Source: Eledone cirrhosa (lineage: Eukaryota). Taken from it: a stretch of 64,000 nt of DNA. The stretch is from assembly GCA_964016885.1 (NCBI GenBank), contig OZ024743.1, forward strand, positions 154,566,001 to 154,630,000, given 5' to 3'. Of this stretch, positions 13,565 through 27,538 are shown piece after piece; the first letter of the stretch is position 1; each line of letters opens with the position of its first letter. Below the pieces are notes generated by a model that worked only from the letters and a program-made list of their open reading frames with translations, was not told where the DNA came from and made no database searches. Made by a program: the position numbers and the translations under genes.

Positions 13565-13946
13565 CCCGAATTATTAGCCGTATACTGTTCGGCAACCATG
13601 GCTGCCCTATTTGTTCAACACTTACAAAGGAAAAATGAACTAGTTTCTAGCTTATTAGCTGCCATCAGCACCGTATACTTTACTGTCAGTTGATTGAACG
13701 TTTGAAAGTATATACTTTCCTTATGCATATTAACGGCCGACTAACTCACTCGATATGCAAATTATGCTGCTCAGTCGTTAATATGCACAAGGAATGTATA
13801 TACTTTCAAACGTTCAATCAACTGAGAGGAAGGTATACGGTGCTGATGACAGCTAATAAGCTAGATAGTAGTTCATCGTTCCTTTGTCAGTGTTGAGCAA
13901 ATAGGGCAGCGATGGTTGCCGAACACTGTACGGCTAATAATTCGGG
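13565..13946. repeat. Fold-back element (about 175-bp diverged arms, about 30-bp spacer) with an HHR in each arm; third partial arm at 13256-13332
   Basis: cccgaattattagccgtatactgttcggcaaccat... pairs with ...atggttgccgaacactgtacggctaataattcggg. HHR motifs at 13632-13674 (-) and 13837-13879 (+). Confidence 0.85.
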
Positions 13947-14159
13947 TTGTTTGTGTATGGGAATACAAGTTATCGTTATAGGTAATCCAATTAGAGGCTG
14001 GATGTGCTCTGCGTCGTGGATAGTTTTAACGTAAGGCATTTTTTTACTCAACAAGATGCTTCCATAGTTATGCGGCGATGGTGTGGTAATTTGTATGCAG
14101 TTTATACTTTGCGTAATAATAGTTAAAGAATGAAGATTAACATGGTTGGCTGTACAAAT

Positions 14160-15329
14160 ACAAAACACACAATAAAATCACAACCACAAACGCATCGGAA
14201 CACATCACAACAGATCATTAATAGGCCAAAATCACAAACCTCCCACAACAACATTTAAAACCGCAACGATGAACATGCACTATATAAAACCTCAAATTGT
14301 AATTGCCACCTGCCGGATAAGTGCCTGGATTCGAGTATGGTATACTGGGGTACTGTGAATTCAGGCAATTCTACCTGGCACTACATAGGTTCCACGTCTA
14401 GGGAGTTTAAGAAAAGGAGGTACGTCCACGGACACTCCATGAAGAACCGTTCACTGAAGAACTTTACGACGCTCGCCAATAAAATCTGGCAACTTAAGGA
14501 CAGAAACCTAGAATATAAGATTAGCCCTGTCAAAATTATCGGTAGCGAAAGCCTACAGCAACGGCATGTCCAACTGCGGGCTTTGTAATTTAGAACTACT
14601 ACATATTTTAAGGTACGATGGGATGCTGCTTAACAACAAAAAAGAAAGATCTATTTTCTGTAGACACAAAATAGCTACTAGACTCACAAACTTTAAACCA
14701 CCATCAATTGAACCAGCAATCCCAACATTATGACTGAACCACCTACATTTTAACATATATGTACGTGTGTAAGTGTGTGTATGTGTGACTGTGCTTGTCG
14801 ATACCTGGAATATATATTTAGAGAAACTTCAGAAAAAGGGAAATCACCCCAACACTTGAATCTGTTGATAGAACCCTTTCTACCATTGTCACCCTTATTC
14901 CAGCCTTAAAGAATTAACTTCTAAATAGTTTCCCTTTTCTTTAAACCATTATTGAACCCCACCCATCCTGTAGACACCTGTCTTACAGTCATTGTTAGTC
15001 TAAGTGATAAACTAGGATTGGTATTCCAAATACGATTTGGTTTACAGTTTTCTTCCTCCCTTTGTTAATACTGTAGCTTTAAATGAACTGCTTTTTCCTT
15101 AAATGCTTCAACCAATGATCTCCACCGATCCCAATGCCCACCCTCTCCTATCATCAGAAAAGAAAAAATATAAATACCACATCTTACTTGGACAGCCAGC
15201 TCCCTGATGATTTCTCACGAATGAAATGAAACAGTTCTAGTCCTGTAGTAGCTCTTCTATATTAAAACTTTTATACTCTGCTATGTATTAAGTACCTTAC
15301 TTATTGTGGTTACCTCCGATCCAACCAGC

Positions 15330-15340
<11 letters not shown>
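14160..15340 (+). mobile_element. 5'-truncated PLE (GIY-YIG remnant plus 3' terminal repeat with HHR), same type as the 60-62 kb element
   Basis: NCNCHLPDKC...MVYWGTV...HYIGSTSREFKKR...TTLANKIWQLKD...CGLCNLE...FCRHK parallels the C-terminus of ORF 60141..61187. Ends at (TA)n. Confidence 0.8.
15198..15253 (+). ncRNA. Type I hammerhead ribozyme
   Basis: agctcc CTGATGA tttc-tcacgaat-gaaat GAAA cag-ttctagtc-ctg TA gtagct. All three stems present (one stem I mismatch); GUA cleavage triplet. Confidence 0.8.
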
Positions 15341-15409
<69 letters not shown>

Positions 15410-15448
15410 AAGAACACAAGAGCGTCTACAATATCAAAAGATTTTTAT

Positions 15449-15497
15449 TGGCTAACAATGTTTCTTCCTTACGTAACCGTAGGATTTGTCAGAGCTA
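15449..15497 (-). ncRNA. Degenerate type I hammerhead ribozyme near the 3' end of an unclassified minus-strand insertion (about 15405-16705)
   Basis: tagct CTGACAA atcctacg-gtta-cgtaaggaa GAAA cattg TT agcca. G8>A (consistent with CpG decay of CTGACGA); strong stem II. Confidence 0.55.
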
Positions 15498-16699
15498 TAA
15501 AAGGGGTTTCGTTGGTGTTATGGACTCTACCAACCAAACATTCAAGAACAAAGAGTAAAGAGAGTAAAGAGCAAAAGTAGGGGACGATAAGTCTAATTTT
15601 GGTGCGGGAGGGTGGGGTGTGGGTCCTTGTTTACTAGATGCGGTCATATTCATTCCCGGGAGTCGGGTGGTTAGCTGAACCATAGATGGGGCGGCGTCGA
15701 TAGTATGGTGCAGAGGGTGCGCAGAGGCTACACAAACACAAAGGGCGTACAATACATATATATATATATATATAGCGGAGGAGAAGGTACGTGAGGTAAT
15801 TAGAAATGGAAAAAGAGTAATAATAATAATCTATAATTAATAGTGTATAATAAGGCATGGGGAAGATTACAGTATAATAAGGTATAAAAGTAAGAATAAG
15901 GTAAAATATAAAAGAGGATAAGAGTGGAAATAATAAAGATAAAAAAATATATATAGAGAATATATAAAGAAATATAAGCGAATATTTGGAGGGGAAAACA
16001 CAATGTAAAAAAACCGATTTTTTCAAATAATAATAAAAATATAATAATTATGGGGGGAGAAAACAGGATATAGAAATATGATCAAGTGTGATTAGTTGAG
16101 AGAATATAAGATGATAATAGTTATGTCCAGTTTATACATCTTAATAATAAATAATAAATAATATGTGTATCAGAGTTGCAGAACCTTCAATTCACTTACG
16201 GGTTCAAGCCACGTGGCATGGTCCATTGTTTATCTGTGCGGTCATGTTCGTTTGTTTTTGACACCACAGCAGATGCACAAGTTTGTAAATTCCAATGCAG
16301 ATAGAAATCTATTTTTGCTCACCCGGACAATGACTGAGGATCCAATATTCCTAGTTCAATATGTGTTTGGTGTTATTTTGGTCGCACAAATCAATCAATT
16401 GGTTCAATATATGGAGTATGGTTTTCTGGTCTTCGTAACAGTGTCAGTGGTTGTATATTTGGAAATCGCAAGGATCACAGTACTCCGGTTTGGTGTGATT
16501 ATCGGTCATCCAGCTATGTTGTTGGTGGTTGGATTCAAATCTATTCGCCCGAACGTTGAACTTTGGTGTCGATAGGACATTAACGAAGCAGGGTGAGATC
16601 GCATCTGTGGTACAAAACCGTACGCAAGGAAATTCTTCGTCCTCGTTTCATCCGGGTCCAGTAGTCTCGTGCAAGAACCGCTACGTAGTAATTGTGGGG

Positions 16700-16748
<49 letters not shown>

Positions 16749-16930
16749 CGCTGCCCCTTATTATCGAGTATAGCCATTGCACGATATAAGATTATTAATA
16801 ATTATCGAGTAATGCTATCGTGCAATGACTGTGCGTGAACGTCTTCACTCCCAGTGGTTTAACTGCGTGATTGGGTATCTAGCCCGATTATTTCTATGTC
16901 CCCGCGCATATACATTCGCAGGCATGAATG

Positions 16931-17023
<93 letters not shown>

Positions 17024-17026
<3 letters not shown>

Positions 17027-18374
17027 GCCTACGACCGTTGGAAGGCCACTGATGAAGGACAGACTTTTTCATATGTAACCCATTTGCAACGCCGCCACTC
17101 CATTATTATCATATTTACACATATATATTTTCCTCCGCTGCCACCAGTCTGTTTCGATCTTTGTATATTTACCCTTTCTAGCGGTCTCTCTCTCTCTCTC
17201 TGTTAGCCTCTTCCTCACCTTTCACTCACTCACTCTCTGTCACTACCTCTCCTCCTCCCCTTTCTTCCCGTTTGACCTGTCCGTAATCCTTTACTCGCGT
17301 GCACTTGGCCAGAGCCGGTATGAATTTTTGTTCTCTCTCTCTCGTCTGCGACTTCACAGAACTTATGTTTACCGAATTCGCAGACCAGACCCCTTCTTCC
17401 TCCCGTTAGACCTGTGCGAAATTCCTTCCTTGCTCACATTTCAACCAGGTTTGATGGTCTTTATTCTCTCGTTCACGATTCCACCGAATTTATATTCATT
17501 GAAATCTGGGACTTGTTTCTTTCTTCTTCATCAATTTCTGTTGCTTAAACCATTTTGTTTCTTTACCCTAGCGTCCCCTTTATTTACGTGTCCCGACGAC
17601 TTTTTTTAGCCGTTGCTCGCACCAACCTGAAGTATACGGCCTTTAAAGCGACGAAATGCCTACGACGGTTGGAAGGCCACTGATGAAGGACACACCTTTT
17701 CATATGTAACCCATTTGCAACGCCGCAGCCCATTATTATCATATTTACACATATATTTTTTCCTCCGCTGCCACCAGTCTGTTTCGTTCTTTGTATCTTT
17801 ACCCTTTCTAACTGTCTCTCTCTCTCTGTTAGCCTCTTCCTCACCTTTCACTCACTCACTCTCTGTCACTACCTCTCCTCCTCCCCTTTCTTCCCGTTTG
17901 ATCTGTCCGTTATCGTTTTCTCGCGTGCACTTGTCCAAGCCGGTATGAATTTTTTTTTCTCTCTCTCTCGTCTGCGACTTCACAGAACTTATGTTTATCG
18001 AATTCGCAGACCAGACGCCTTCTTCCTCCCGTTAGAGCTGTGCGAAATCCTTCCTTGCTCACATTTCAACCAGGTTTGAAGGTCTTTATTCTCTCGTTCA
18101 CGATTCCACCGAATTTATATTCATAGAAATCTGGGACTTGTTTCTTTCTTCTTCATCACTTTCTGTTGCTTAAACCATTTTGTTTGTTTACCCTAGCGTC
18201 CCTTTTATTTACGTGTCCCAACGACTTTTTTTAGCCGTTGCTCTCACCAACCTGAGGTATATAGGCTTTAAAGCGACTAAATGCCTACGACGGTTGGAAG
18301 GCCACTGATGAAGGACAAACTTTTTCATATGTAACCCATTTGCAACGCCGCAGCTCCATTATTATCATATTTAC

Positions 18375-18375
<1 letters not shown>
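17024..18375 (+). repeat. Head-to-tail tandem array, units of about 631 and 625 bp (about 2.15 copies), flanked by (TA)n
   Basis: aatgcctacgac recurs at 17024, 17655 and 18280. Pyrimidine-rich and non-coding. HHR-like motif spans the unit junction at 17622-17672. Confidence 0.9.
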
Positions 18376-18417
<42 letters not shown>

Positions 18418-18663
18418 TACATGTATACATGTATACATGTATACATGCATACATGTATATACCTATTTACACATTTTTGGATGAGTGTTGACCCTCCTGA
18501 GTTCTTCCGCTCATTGTCAGATTTTGTCTTTTGTCCTGCCGGGTGTCCACAATCACCCCTCACCAAGTAAATGAAGTGTGGTTGCCGGTTTAGTCACCGA
18601 GGACCGGACCATGCGACAGGTTGGGCGGGGTCCCACATTACCAGTAGCACTCAAGAGTGAGCC

Positions 18664-18711
<48 letters not shown>

Positions 18712-18722
18712 CATTCATACAC

Positions 18723-18831
<109 letters not shown>

Positions 18832-20324
18832 AAAATCCAGGTCTCAACACACACACACATATATATATATAGATAGATAGATATATATAGATATATATTA
18901 CATATAGACGGTATTATTAGATAAAACTGAACTGACGCCTGGGTAGACGTGAGTTTCTGAATGTGCCTTGTTTAAACATTTAACCTGATTAGGTGTCGTT
19001 GCGAACTGACTTTGTATTCTTAATATGAGTTAAACAAAAGTTGAATCAATAAAAATGGCTGTTGACTCGCTCAAATTGTTTGGCCTTGTGCCTATTTTAG
19101 AAATCGATATAAATTAACAATATTCTCGTTCATTTCTTAACGTCTGCACAAAAGAATAATGACGAAATATTGACTTGTTGAAAACACTTAGATAAGGAAT
19201 GTATTAGATAAGTTATGTCTAGAAATTATTTTTGCTAAATCAATGCAATGCATAAAAAAAGAAAAAAATGTTATTTCATATAAATAGTGTTGTGGGGGAT
19301 AATAGAAAGTTATATGTACAGCAGGATTGGAAATGTGCCATGTAATACGTTTAAACATGAAAATTAAACTACTAATACGCATATTTAGAAATAAGTTTCA
19401 AGAAATTGAGATTCTAAACAGAAAATCATTGTGCATTCACTGGAAAAGAAATGTTTCTTCAGTGTGTTAAAACTTACTGTTACTAAAAGTAATGAAAAAA
19501 TGCTTTCCATTTTATATCAATTTATAGGTCATGCAAACTAAGTGACATTCGTTTTAACCACACTAAATTATGTTGTCGCTATTGAATTAAATGACTGGCT
19601 ATATTGAGAGAGCAAACAATGCATTAACAAATACCGTTTACATATTATATGCTTCACCAGCAAATATTCGAATCAGATTGACATAGTATTCTCATCAAGT
19701 TATACTTTGTCTTATATACTGGTAACATTTTTTATTTGTATATATATATAGTTAACTTGCAGTTTCCGATTAAAATCTCTGAACTAAATATTGACAGTCT
19801 TTCTTAATTTTCTATCATTAATAAAGTATTCTGATATGTGGCAATCAGAGTTTTCATGAACTTGTTTAAATTGGTGAATGCTAAAAAAAAACCACACAGA
19901 GATATGTATTTTGAGGTAATTGATTCACATTGATGTAACTTTAAATTAACTCACAGGCATTTTAAAGAACTTGAACACATTTTTAATTCAAATATTGTTC
20001 AGCCAGGACCAACTAAAATAATAACCACAGAAAGAACAGCAACAACAGCAACCAAACCATCAGCCCATGTCACAGAGTAACCATGTCAACTCTCATTCAT
20101 ATTCTTATTTCTTTCAAATTTGATACTTTCTCAAACTACCTCAAGAGACAAAACAGAGTCACTGTCAGCATCTACTACTACTACTACTATGATGAAACAG
20201 TCATACGTTCCTGTCCTCCCCCTATATTTCAAACTACCTCAAGAAACCAACTATCATCATTGTTGCCATCGTGTTATGCTACTTCTACCAATGATGAAGA
20301 AACCCTCTCTCCATCAAAATAATG

Positions 20325-20537
20325 ATTTCTAGTAAAGGCACAAGGCCGGTAATTTTGGGTGGGGGAAAGTCGAATAAATCGACTCCAGTACGTTACAGAT
20401 GCTTTACTTTATAGACCCCGTAATGATGAAAGGAAAAGTTAACCTCGGCGGGATTTGAACTCAGACCCCAAAGGGCAGTAACTTTATGCAGCAAAGCATG
20501 ATGTCCGACCGTCTACCGACACTGCCAATCCACCGCC
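20325..20537 (-). mobile_element. tRNA-derived SINE, family A
   Basis: gatgaaaggaaaagttaacctcggcgggatttgaactcag...actgccaatccaccgcc, matching the other copies. Confidence 0.75.
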
Positions 20538-21049
20538 ATGCTGATAAGGGGTCGGCAGCAACAAACGAACATGTACGATTGTTCATTCATGTTTTTACAT
20601 TCTTCGTCTTTGCTTTTGATATTTTATTTACTTGACATTTCCCCCTATCCCAGTCATTTGGTCACGAATTTAGTCATCCGATTTCCCCAAAGGGAGGGAA
20701 GTAAGGGAAAACAAATTTACTTTGCAGTAGGTGGGTTTCCCTTTTCCTCTTCTGTGTTCCCTTATTTACTATAAATGCCACCTTTTGTTTTTCATGTTAG
20801 GTCCATCAAACTTTTTTTTTCTTTTCTCTTGGTTATCTCCATTTATGGAAATCCCAGCCTATCTATTAACCTGTTTCTTTCGCTCTCACTCACCATCCAT
20901 TCTTTCTCTCTCTCAACTGCACCAGATACATATCCTCCTATTCATCACATTGTTTTTACTTCCTCCACATTAAAACCATCTGCACATCTACAAAACACCC
21001 TCATAATTTCCAGCATTACAATTTTCCGCCTCCACCTCCAACACCGCAG

Positions 21050-24000
21050 TTCAAATGCCTGATTCTCTTCAGGCTCCTACTCATCGCGAGCTCGATCATC
21101 CCCACGCATGCGCCGCGCGCAACAGGTGCAGGAGAGGAAGGAAATGTTTCAACAGTAGCACCTTCCTCCGAATTTCGTGTGTCAATATCACTCGGCGCGC
21201 ATTCGAATCGATGCACAGTTGGTACAGCCCACGGGATCTATCCCTATCAAACCACATGTGTCCGACTCAATGGGGAGATGGGCCTGCTTGACACGACGAG
21301 GCGCTGGTAATGATCTTCCGTTCCAGGCAGTTGCCGAGAGTCATCACCAGGTTCCACAAAGCTGCATGCACTCTCACGGCCGAAGTGCTAGAGTCACCTA
21401 TCCTTCTAGTGATAGAGACGGGCGACCGGCGTGACAGTTTTGCGACCCTTGCACTCGGGAACACGATGGCAGGGAACCCGACGGCGGGGGGAAAGATCTG
21501 GGCTATCTTAGACTTCTAGCCTCAACGGCAATATCGATTCATTCTGCGAGCCTCTCAAACATCCTGTGCTACCCAGCAGTGCTAACATAGCGTACGCAAT
21601 CCAATTTCGACTACATCAACGGTCTTTGGGGCAGGGTATTCACAAACTCATCAAGGGCGATGTTTCGTCGGCGGTAAGTGACACTATACTCTGGCCCACA
21701 CCTCTCTTCCACAACCATCCGAAATCCCCAGCTGATATTATGGACTACCTAGCCACGGCCTGTTATCATTCACTGGGTGTGTCATGTGAGGTCGTAGTAG
21801 CCGCTCAGCGATCCTTCCCAGTTCCCAGGCAGCAACATCGGAAAGGATGGCTTGCACCCCCGGCCAACTCAGAGATATTACCTTACCTCAAGCTGCTTAG
21901 GCAGAAGCACGATTCCTCCAGTCGATAACAGCCCTCATCAACAGTATTTCCTCCACCTTGCCCTGTTATGCCCGCGGTTGTTTTCTTCTCAGACAGTCTG
22001 ACCACCCCCAGGAAGAATGATACTGATAGAGCCGAATACCCCATCACATTATGCAACGTCTTTCGACGATTTGCAGACAAGTTCACTTGAGCGGGGTGCT
22101 AAGCTCTATCCAGATCGGAGTAGGAATGGAATGTGAATGTGATGCTGCAACTCATGTGGCCAGAGACTTAATAGAGCACGTGCCTACTTCATCATCCCAT
22201 GTACTTGGGAAGCTGGATATAAGCAACGCCTTGAAAAGCGTTACCTGGGATGACGTCTTAGAAAGTTGTCTTAGACGAGCCCCATAAATTTGCTCTCTTG
22301 CTCTCCTTTCGTACAGAAGATACAGCATACTCATGTCAACAAGATCACTACAGATGTACAGCAAGGAGACCCACTCCTCGCTACGTCCAGTCATCCTTCA
22401 ATGTCTGGTACCTTGACGACGCAACCGTGGATGACTCGGCTGAAACGGTAGTTGAGGATATCTGGCTAATTATCCCAGTGCTACAGCTCATCGGACTCGG
22501 GATCAAGCCATCCAAGTTCGAGTTCACAAAAGTTAGATAGTGAAGAGGTGAATTCAAAGACGGCATACTCAGCATCCATACCGTCCGTTTTTTTCCGGGG
22601 CTCGGCTACACCCAATGACGCCACCTGCATTCGTGGCTCTCCGATTCTCTTGAAATCCAAAGGAGAGAGCCTGGAGACAAGGCACGTAAACAAGTCGCAA
22701 ATGGCACAGAAGCTGTGCCTCATTGATCCTCACCCATTGCTCGTTCTCTTGAGGCACTGCTTCGCCCTTCCAAACGATTTGTTCACACTGCATAGTGCAC
22801 CTTGAACGTCCACGCATATTATCTCACCGTACTCGGCGCATCATCCGACGCTGTTCAGAACTACAATGTCAGTTTCGACAGCACCGGCTTGCAACTGGCG
22901 AAACGCCCTGTAAGGGTTTGTGTCTTTGGCCTTCGATCTACTCTAGATCATGCACTGCTGGCCAAACTCTCCCCAATCATTTCCAGTCGCACCATCTTCA
23001 ACGAGGTTCTCAAGATGACGGCCGGACCTGACGTGGTCCCAGAAATTGAGCATGCCCTGGCCCACTTGACCACCGAAATCGTCTATGTCTCTCCGTATAC
23101 AAATGCCCAACGTGATGATGACGACATCAAGTGCAGTCATCCCTCAATCAGATCGAGTCTGGCTAGGACCAACACCAAACGCCTGCCTTCCATCCACATC
23201 GCAACCAAACAAAGGTGAATGGCTCAATTCGGTGCCATCTTCATCAACAGTAACTTTCTTGATAACCAGTGAACTCGCATCGAAGTGGCACAATACTTTA
23301 GCCTCCACGTGTGTGAGACATACAAGTGTCCATGCGAGGCTATCGTTGATGAGTTAGTCCTGCACTCACTGTCAAGCAACTAGAGCCCAGGCCAGTTACG
23401 CCGTCGTGCCTCTTGCAAAGACATATTGAGAAGGCGCCTGCATGCAGATAGCTTCCAATTATAACTGTAGCCAACATGCCCCGAGTGCGAAAACGGCAAG
23501 CACCCCAACGGACTTACCATCTCCCCCATTCGAATGGTGTAAATCCTTCATCTGGGAGACCAGTGGCTGTGTCACGTTCTCCGCCTCCGTCACTGTAATT
23601 TCGGCCACGTATGCCGGTACAGCGGCCCGCAATGCAGAGGACAGGATGACAAGCAAATACTGGGTCTTGACCGGCTGCGTCCTTTTCGCATCGCTCGCTG
23701 ATGAAACCGCAGGCTACTCGGACCCCGTTTTACCGAACACCTCCATAAAATCGGAACCTCAGCAGCTCTTCTAAGGTTGTTTTAGTGAGTATTGCTGGCC
23801 ATTAACCGTGGAAATGCATTTACAGATTCGGTGCAGGGTGCCGCCGAAATACCACACCACCCTAGGCATAGTGCCTACCAGCTTGTCACCTTCCCTCCCC
23901 CTTCCTTCCGTAGCCTAATAACCATTTATTTTCCCCATCTTTTCCTCTCATTATGGCATTTATCATCCTTTCCTCTACTTTTCTATACAGGCAGAACTGC

Positions 24001-24085
24001 CCTATCTTTCCTCTTGACCCTGTATTCATTTTTTTTTCATATTTCCATCATTGTATGACTTATCTTTGTATAATAAAATATTGTT
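21050..24085 (+). mobile_element. Degenerate CRE-like non-LTR retrotransposon (second family member)
   Basis: KLIKGDVSSAV, IQIGVGMECECDAATHVAR, KLDISNALKSV, NVWYLDDATV, AARNAEDRMTSKY...ADETAG and INRGNA. Pyrimidine-rich 3' UTR ending near taataaaata. Confidence 0.8.
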
Positions 24086-25274
24086 CTATTCTATGGTGCT
24101 AAATCATTGGAGTACGTATAAATCTACTGTTTGTTTGAAGATTCTCTGTAGCGAGAATATAAAGAGTAATATGCGCACTTAATGTAATGAATGAATAACA
24201 TTCAATTAATCCCGTTACTTCTGTTATGAAGTAGCTTAATGATTAATAGAGCTCGAGAAAAGTATTAGTGACAAACCTGGAATTTAAATTAATAGCAATT
24301 TACAAATCGAATGATAGGGAACGAACGTGGTGCCAACACCCAGCATATATTATGTTCATGGGAATTCATTGGCGAAATATATGCTAATCAACACACCAGC
24401 TAAGATATCAGCTAAGTGTATATGATTAGATTGCAAGCTATAGTAACTGTCAAATATCTTGTGAAACTGAAATTTAATACAACAATCACGAGAGATCAAA
24501 TTCAAATCCCCGTGATTTTTTTATTTAATAGGTGGACATTTTAATTATTTTTTATATCACAAAAATTGGTTAAATGAATATGTAAAACTTACATATGTGG
24601 AAATACAATCTTCATTTGTTACATTATTAAACTATATGTCGTTCATTACTTCTCCGTGTTTTACAAAAGCTATACTTAGCCCTGTCATTGTTATAGCATT
24701 GAGGATAAACATCAAATTGAAGATAGCGAGTGTGGCTATATAACTCTCTTTTTCGCATTACAGTAACAGCTCCTGGAATTATGTGCACGTAATTCAGTCT
24801 CCTGTATCCCATCACGAGTTAAAATGCCCCAGCGATACATGAATTTCTCCATTTTCTTCAATGTAACATGACTCGTGCTGTTATTAGGTTATTTCTCCAT
24901 TTCCTGTAAGCTAATGTTCAATTGTTTCTATGTTACTGATTTTATGTCTTAGTCAAAACAAGGGATCCGAAATCCGAGACCATTGAGATAAAGTGAAGAG
25001 AGGCTACGACTCTTGAGTTGATGGATCAGTGTATAAAACGCACAGGATATCAAGTTATCCTCTGAATTTGAAACTTGAAATCGATTGTCTGAAAAAAATA
25101 TTGGACTTCGTAAATTGAAAAGAATAGCCTGGTTTTAAATTTGAATACTTCACTTATGCAGTAGTTCAGTCTTTCAATTGGTAACTCATCAATCTAATCA
25201 AACATTACCTGAAGATGTATATATATATTTGTTTTGCGAGGTTTTTCATATGAAATAGTTTGTCGAAACAAATA

Positions 25275-25630
25275 TTGTTATACCTGGGGAGGGTCATATT
25301 TTTGTAATAATAATATTGCCAGAAATAATAACAGAACATACTCACTGTTTGGTTGGTTTTCGCTCCTGTATCTTTTATAGATGCACAGTTAATTCCTTTG
25401 GTCCTCAATGTCGATCACTAACTGAACAATGGTAAACCATACAGCTATAAACACATATATATAGTCAAACAAATTTCTTTCGTTGCACATCTGCAACATC
25501 ATGAATGTTACAATTATGTTACTCCTGTTGTGTTGTATGTCTACGCACTGGAGATATAAAAGATACAGAAGCGAAGACCAAACAAACAGAGTGTGTTCTG
25601 TTATTATTTCTGGTAATATTATTACAATAT
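25275..25630. repeat. Short dispersed repeat (about 105 bp) as an inverted pair; further copies at 27345-27458 and 37608-37672
   Basis: aatattgccagaaataataacagaacatactcactgtttggttggttttcgctcctgtatctttta and its reverse complement at about 25553-25628. Copies lie at or near (TA)n. Confidence 0.75.
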
Positions 25631-25691
25631 ATATATATATATAGAGAGAGAGAAGGAAGTTATAGTTCACTTGAAGCATTGTATGATGAGG

Positions 25692-27306
25692 TATAAACGT
25701 TTGTATTTGTAAAGCCAAGACACTGCAGATATGGACATAGAATAAAGAATCCAAATGCAAAAGATAACAACCGCATTACCCATGGGATCCAGCCTATTGG
25801 GCCTGCTGGCCATCACCTATATGAACCAGCTAGAATGCCGAGCCCTCAACACCTGCCATTCCCATACATTCTTCAACCGATATGTAGATGAAATAGTCAT
25901 CCTTACATCATCCCGTGGGAAGGCAAAACAAATATACACAACATTCTCCAGCATGGACGCCAGTATAAAGTTCAGCATGGAACACCGGATGTCCGCGGAT
26001 CCCTATCCCTACTGGACTTCCAACACAGGGTAACAGAGGAAGGCATCATCCACACCTGCTTCTATAAAAAAGTCGCCAGCAGGGACCTGTTCGTACATTT
26101 CAGATCAGCCCTCCCAGCCGGTGCTAAGTTCGGATACATAAGGAACGAACTACAACATATCCGGAACAAATGCACCGACGCTAGAGACCGAGATACGCAC
26201 ACCACACATTTCCTGGAAGTACTCAAACTGAACGGATACACGAGATCCACCACAAACCGTGCCAGAAAGAACCGAGGACACCACACCCGAGGCGCTAACA
26301 CTTGCTTCCTGAAGCTCCCACACTTCAGTGACGAAACAACAACAGCCATCCGCAGAGCTATCAGACGAGAGGGACTAGATAGCCAACTGGTTCACTCAGG
26401 TCCTTCTCTACGCGGACAACTAACCAAAAGACACTCCACAAGACATGACGACCGCTGCAGGTTAGCCAACTGCCCCATCAACGACACAGACCTAAGCCAC
26501 CAGGCTTACGTCGTATACAGTCCAGCGTGCGACAAATGCAGCAACTTCTACGTAGGTAGCGCCACCAGACCACTCCACATAAGAATAAAAGAACACCTCT
26601 ATACTAACGATTCCTCATTTAAGAAACACCTAGTTAAATGCCAAAACACCGACCAAACCATACCAGTTAGGATAGAAATTAAGGAAAGAAATCTCGGCAA
26701 TCATAGAATTAAGGAAGCACTAATTATAGACAAAACACAACCACCAATCAATAATAGACTAGAACTCAACACCCAATTTATAACTTGATAGAGCATCTAG
26801 CCCAATACTTACACCCACATCCCACACACACGCACGCACACACACACGCTTACATCTCCACTTATTCTCTCTCTCACGCACACATACACACACACATACC
26901 AGTTCTAACACGAGAGAACATCTATCACCCACATTTACGTATAGACATATCTTGTCACACTCACACACACATGCTTACACCTTCACGCATTCTCCCACAC
27001 ACTTAAACAGGCATGTACAAAATACACCTATTAAAGGAAGACTACTCTTTATCCACCTAACCTTAACTCTTTGACATTAGAGATAGAACAGATACCCTAT
27101 ACCATTTCTTGTCAGCATGACTTGGCAAGCTTTTTAGAACAATGGTTTAACCGCTTTACTTCCCTCCGAAGAAGAGAAATTATCTCAAAAATTAAGGACA
27201 TATAAATAAATCTAAGGTAAATGACTAATTGTCAACAATATCTTTTGCATTTGCATTGTTTATTCTATATCCATACCTGCATTGTCTTGGCTTTACAAAT
27301 ACAAAC

Positions 27307-27313
<7 letters not shown>
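25692..27313 (+). mobile_element. 5'-truncated Penelope/Poseidon-type PLE (RT C-terminal half + GIY-YIG) with an inverted copy of its 3' end at the 5' junction
   Basis: LPMGSSLLGLLAITYMNQLE...FFNRYVDEIVIL (RT) and VVYSPACDKCSNFYVGSATRPLHIRIKEHL (GIY-YIG). 25692-25766 is the reverse complement of 27239-27313. Confidence 0.88.
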
Positions 27314-27345
<32 letters not shown>

Positions 27346-27467
27346 ATATTGTTATACTTGGGGGACGGTCATATTTTTGAAATAATATTGCCAGAAATAA
27401 TAACAGAACACACTCACTGTTTGGTTGGTTTTCGCTTCTGTATCATTTATATCTCCATATATATATC

Positions 27468-27538
<71 letters not shown>

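Noticed and set aside
25205-25285. CTGAAGA...GAAAcaaatattgTT motif
   Set aside because: Stem III is plausible, but stem I and stem II do not pair.
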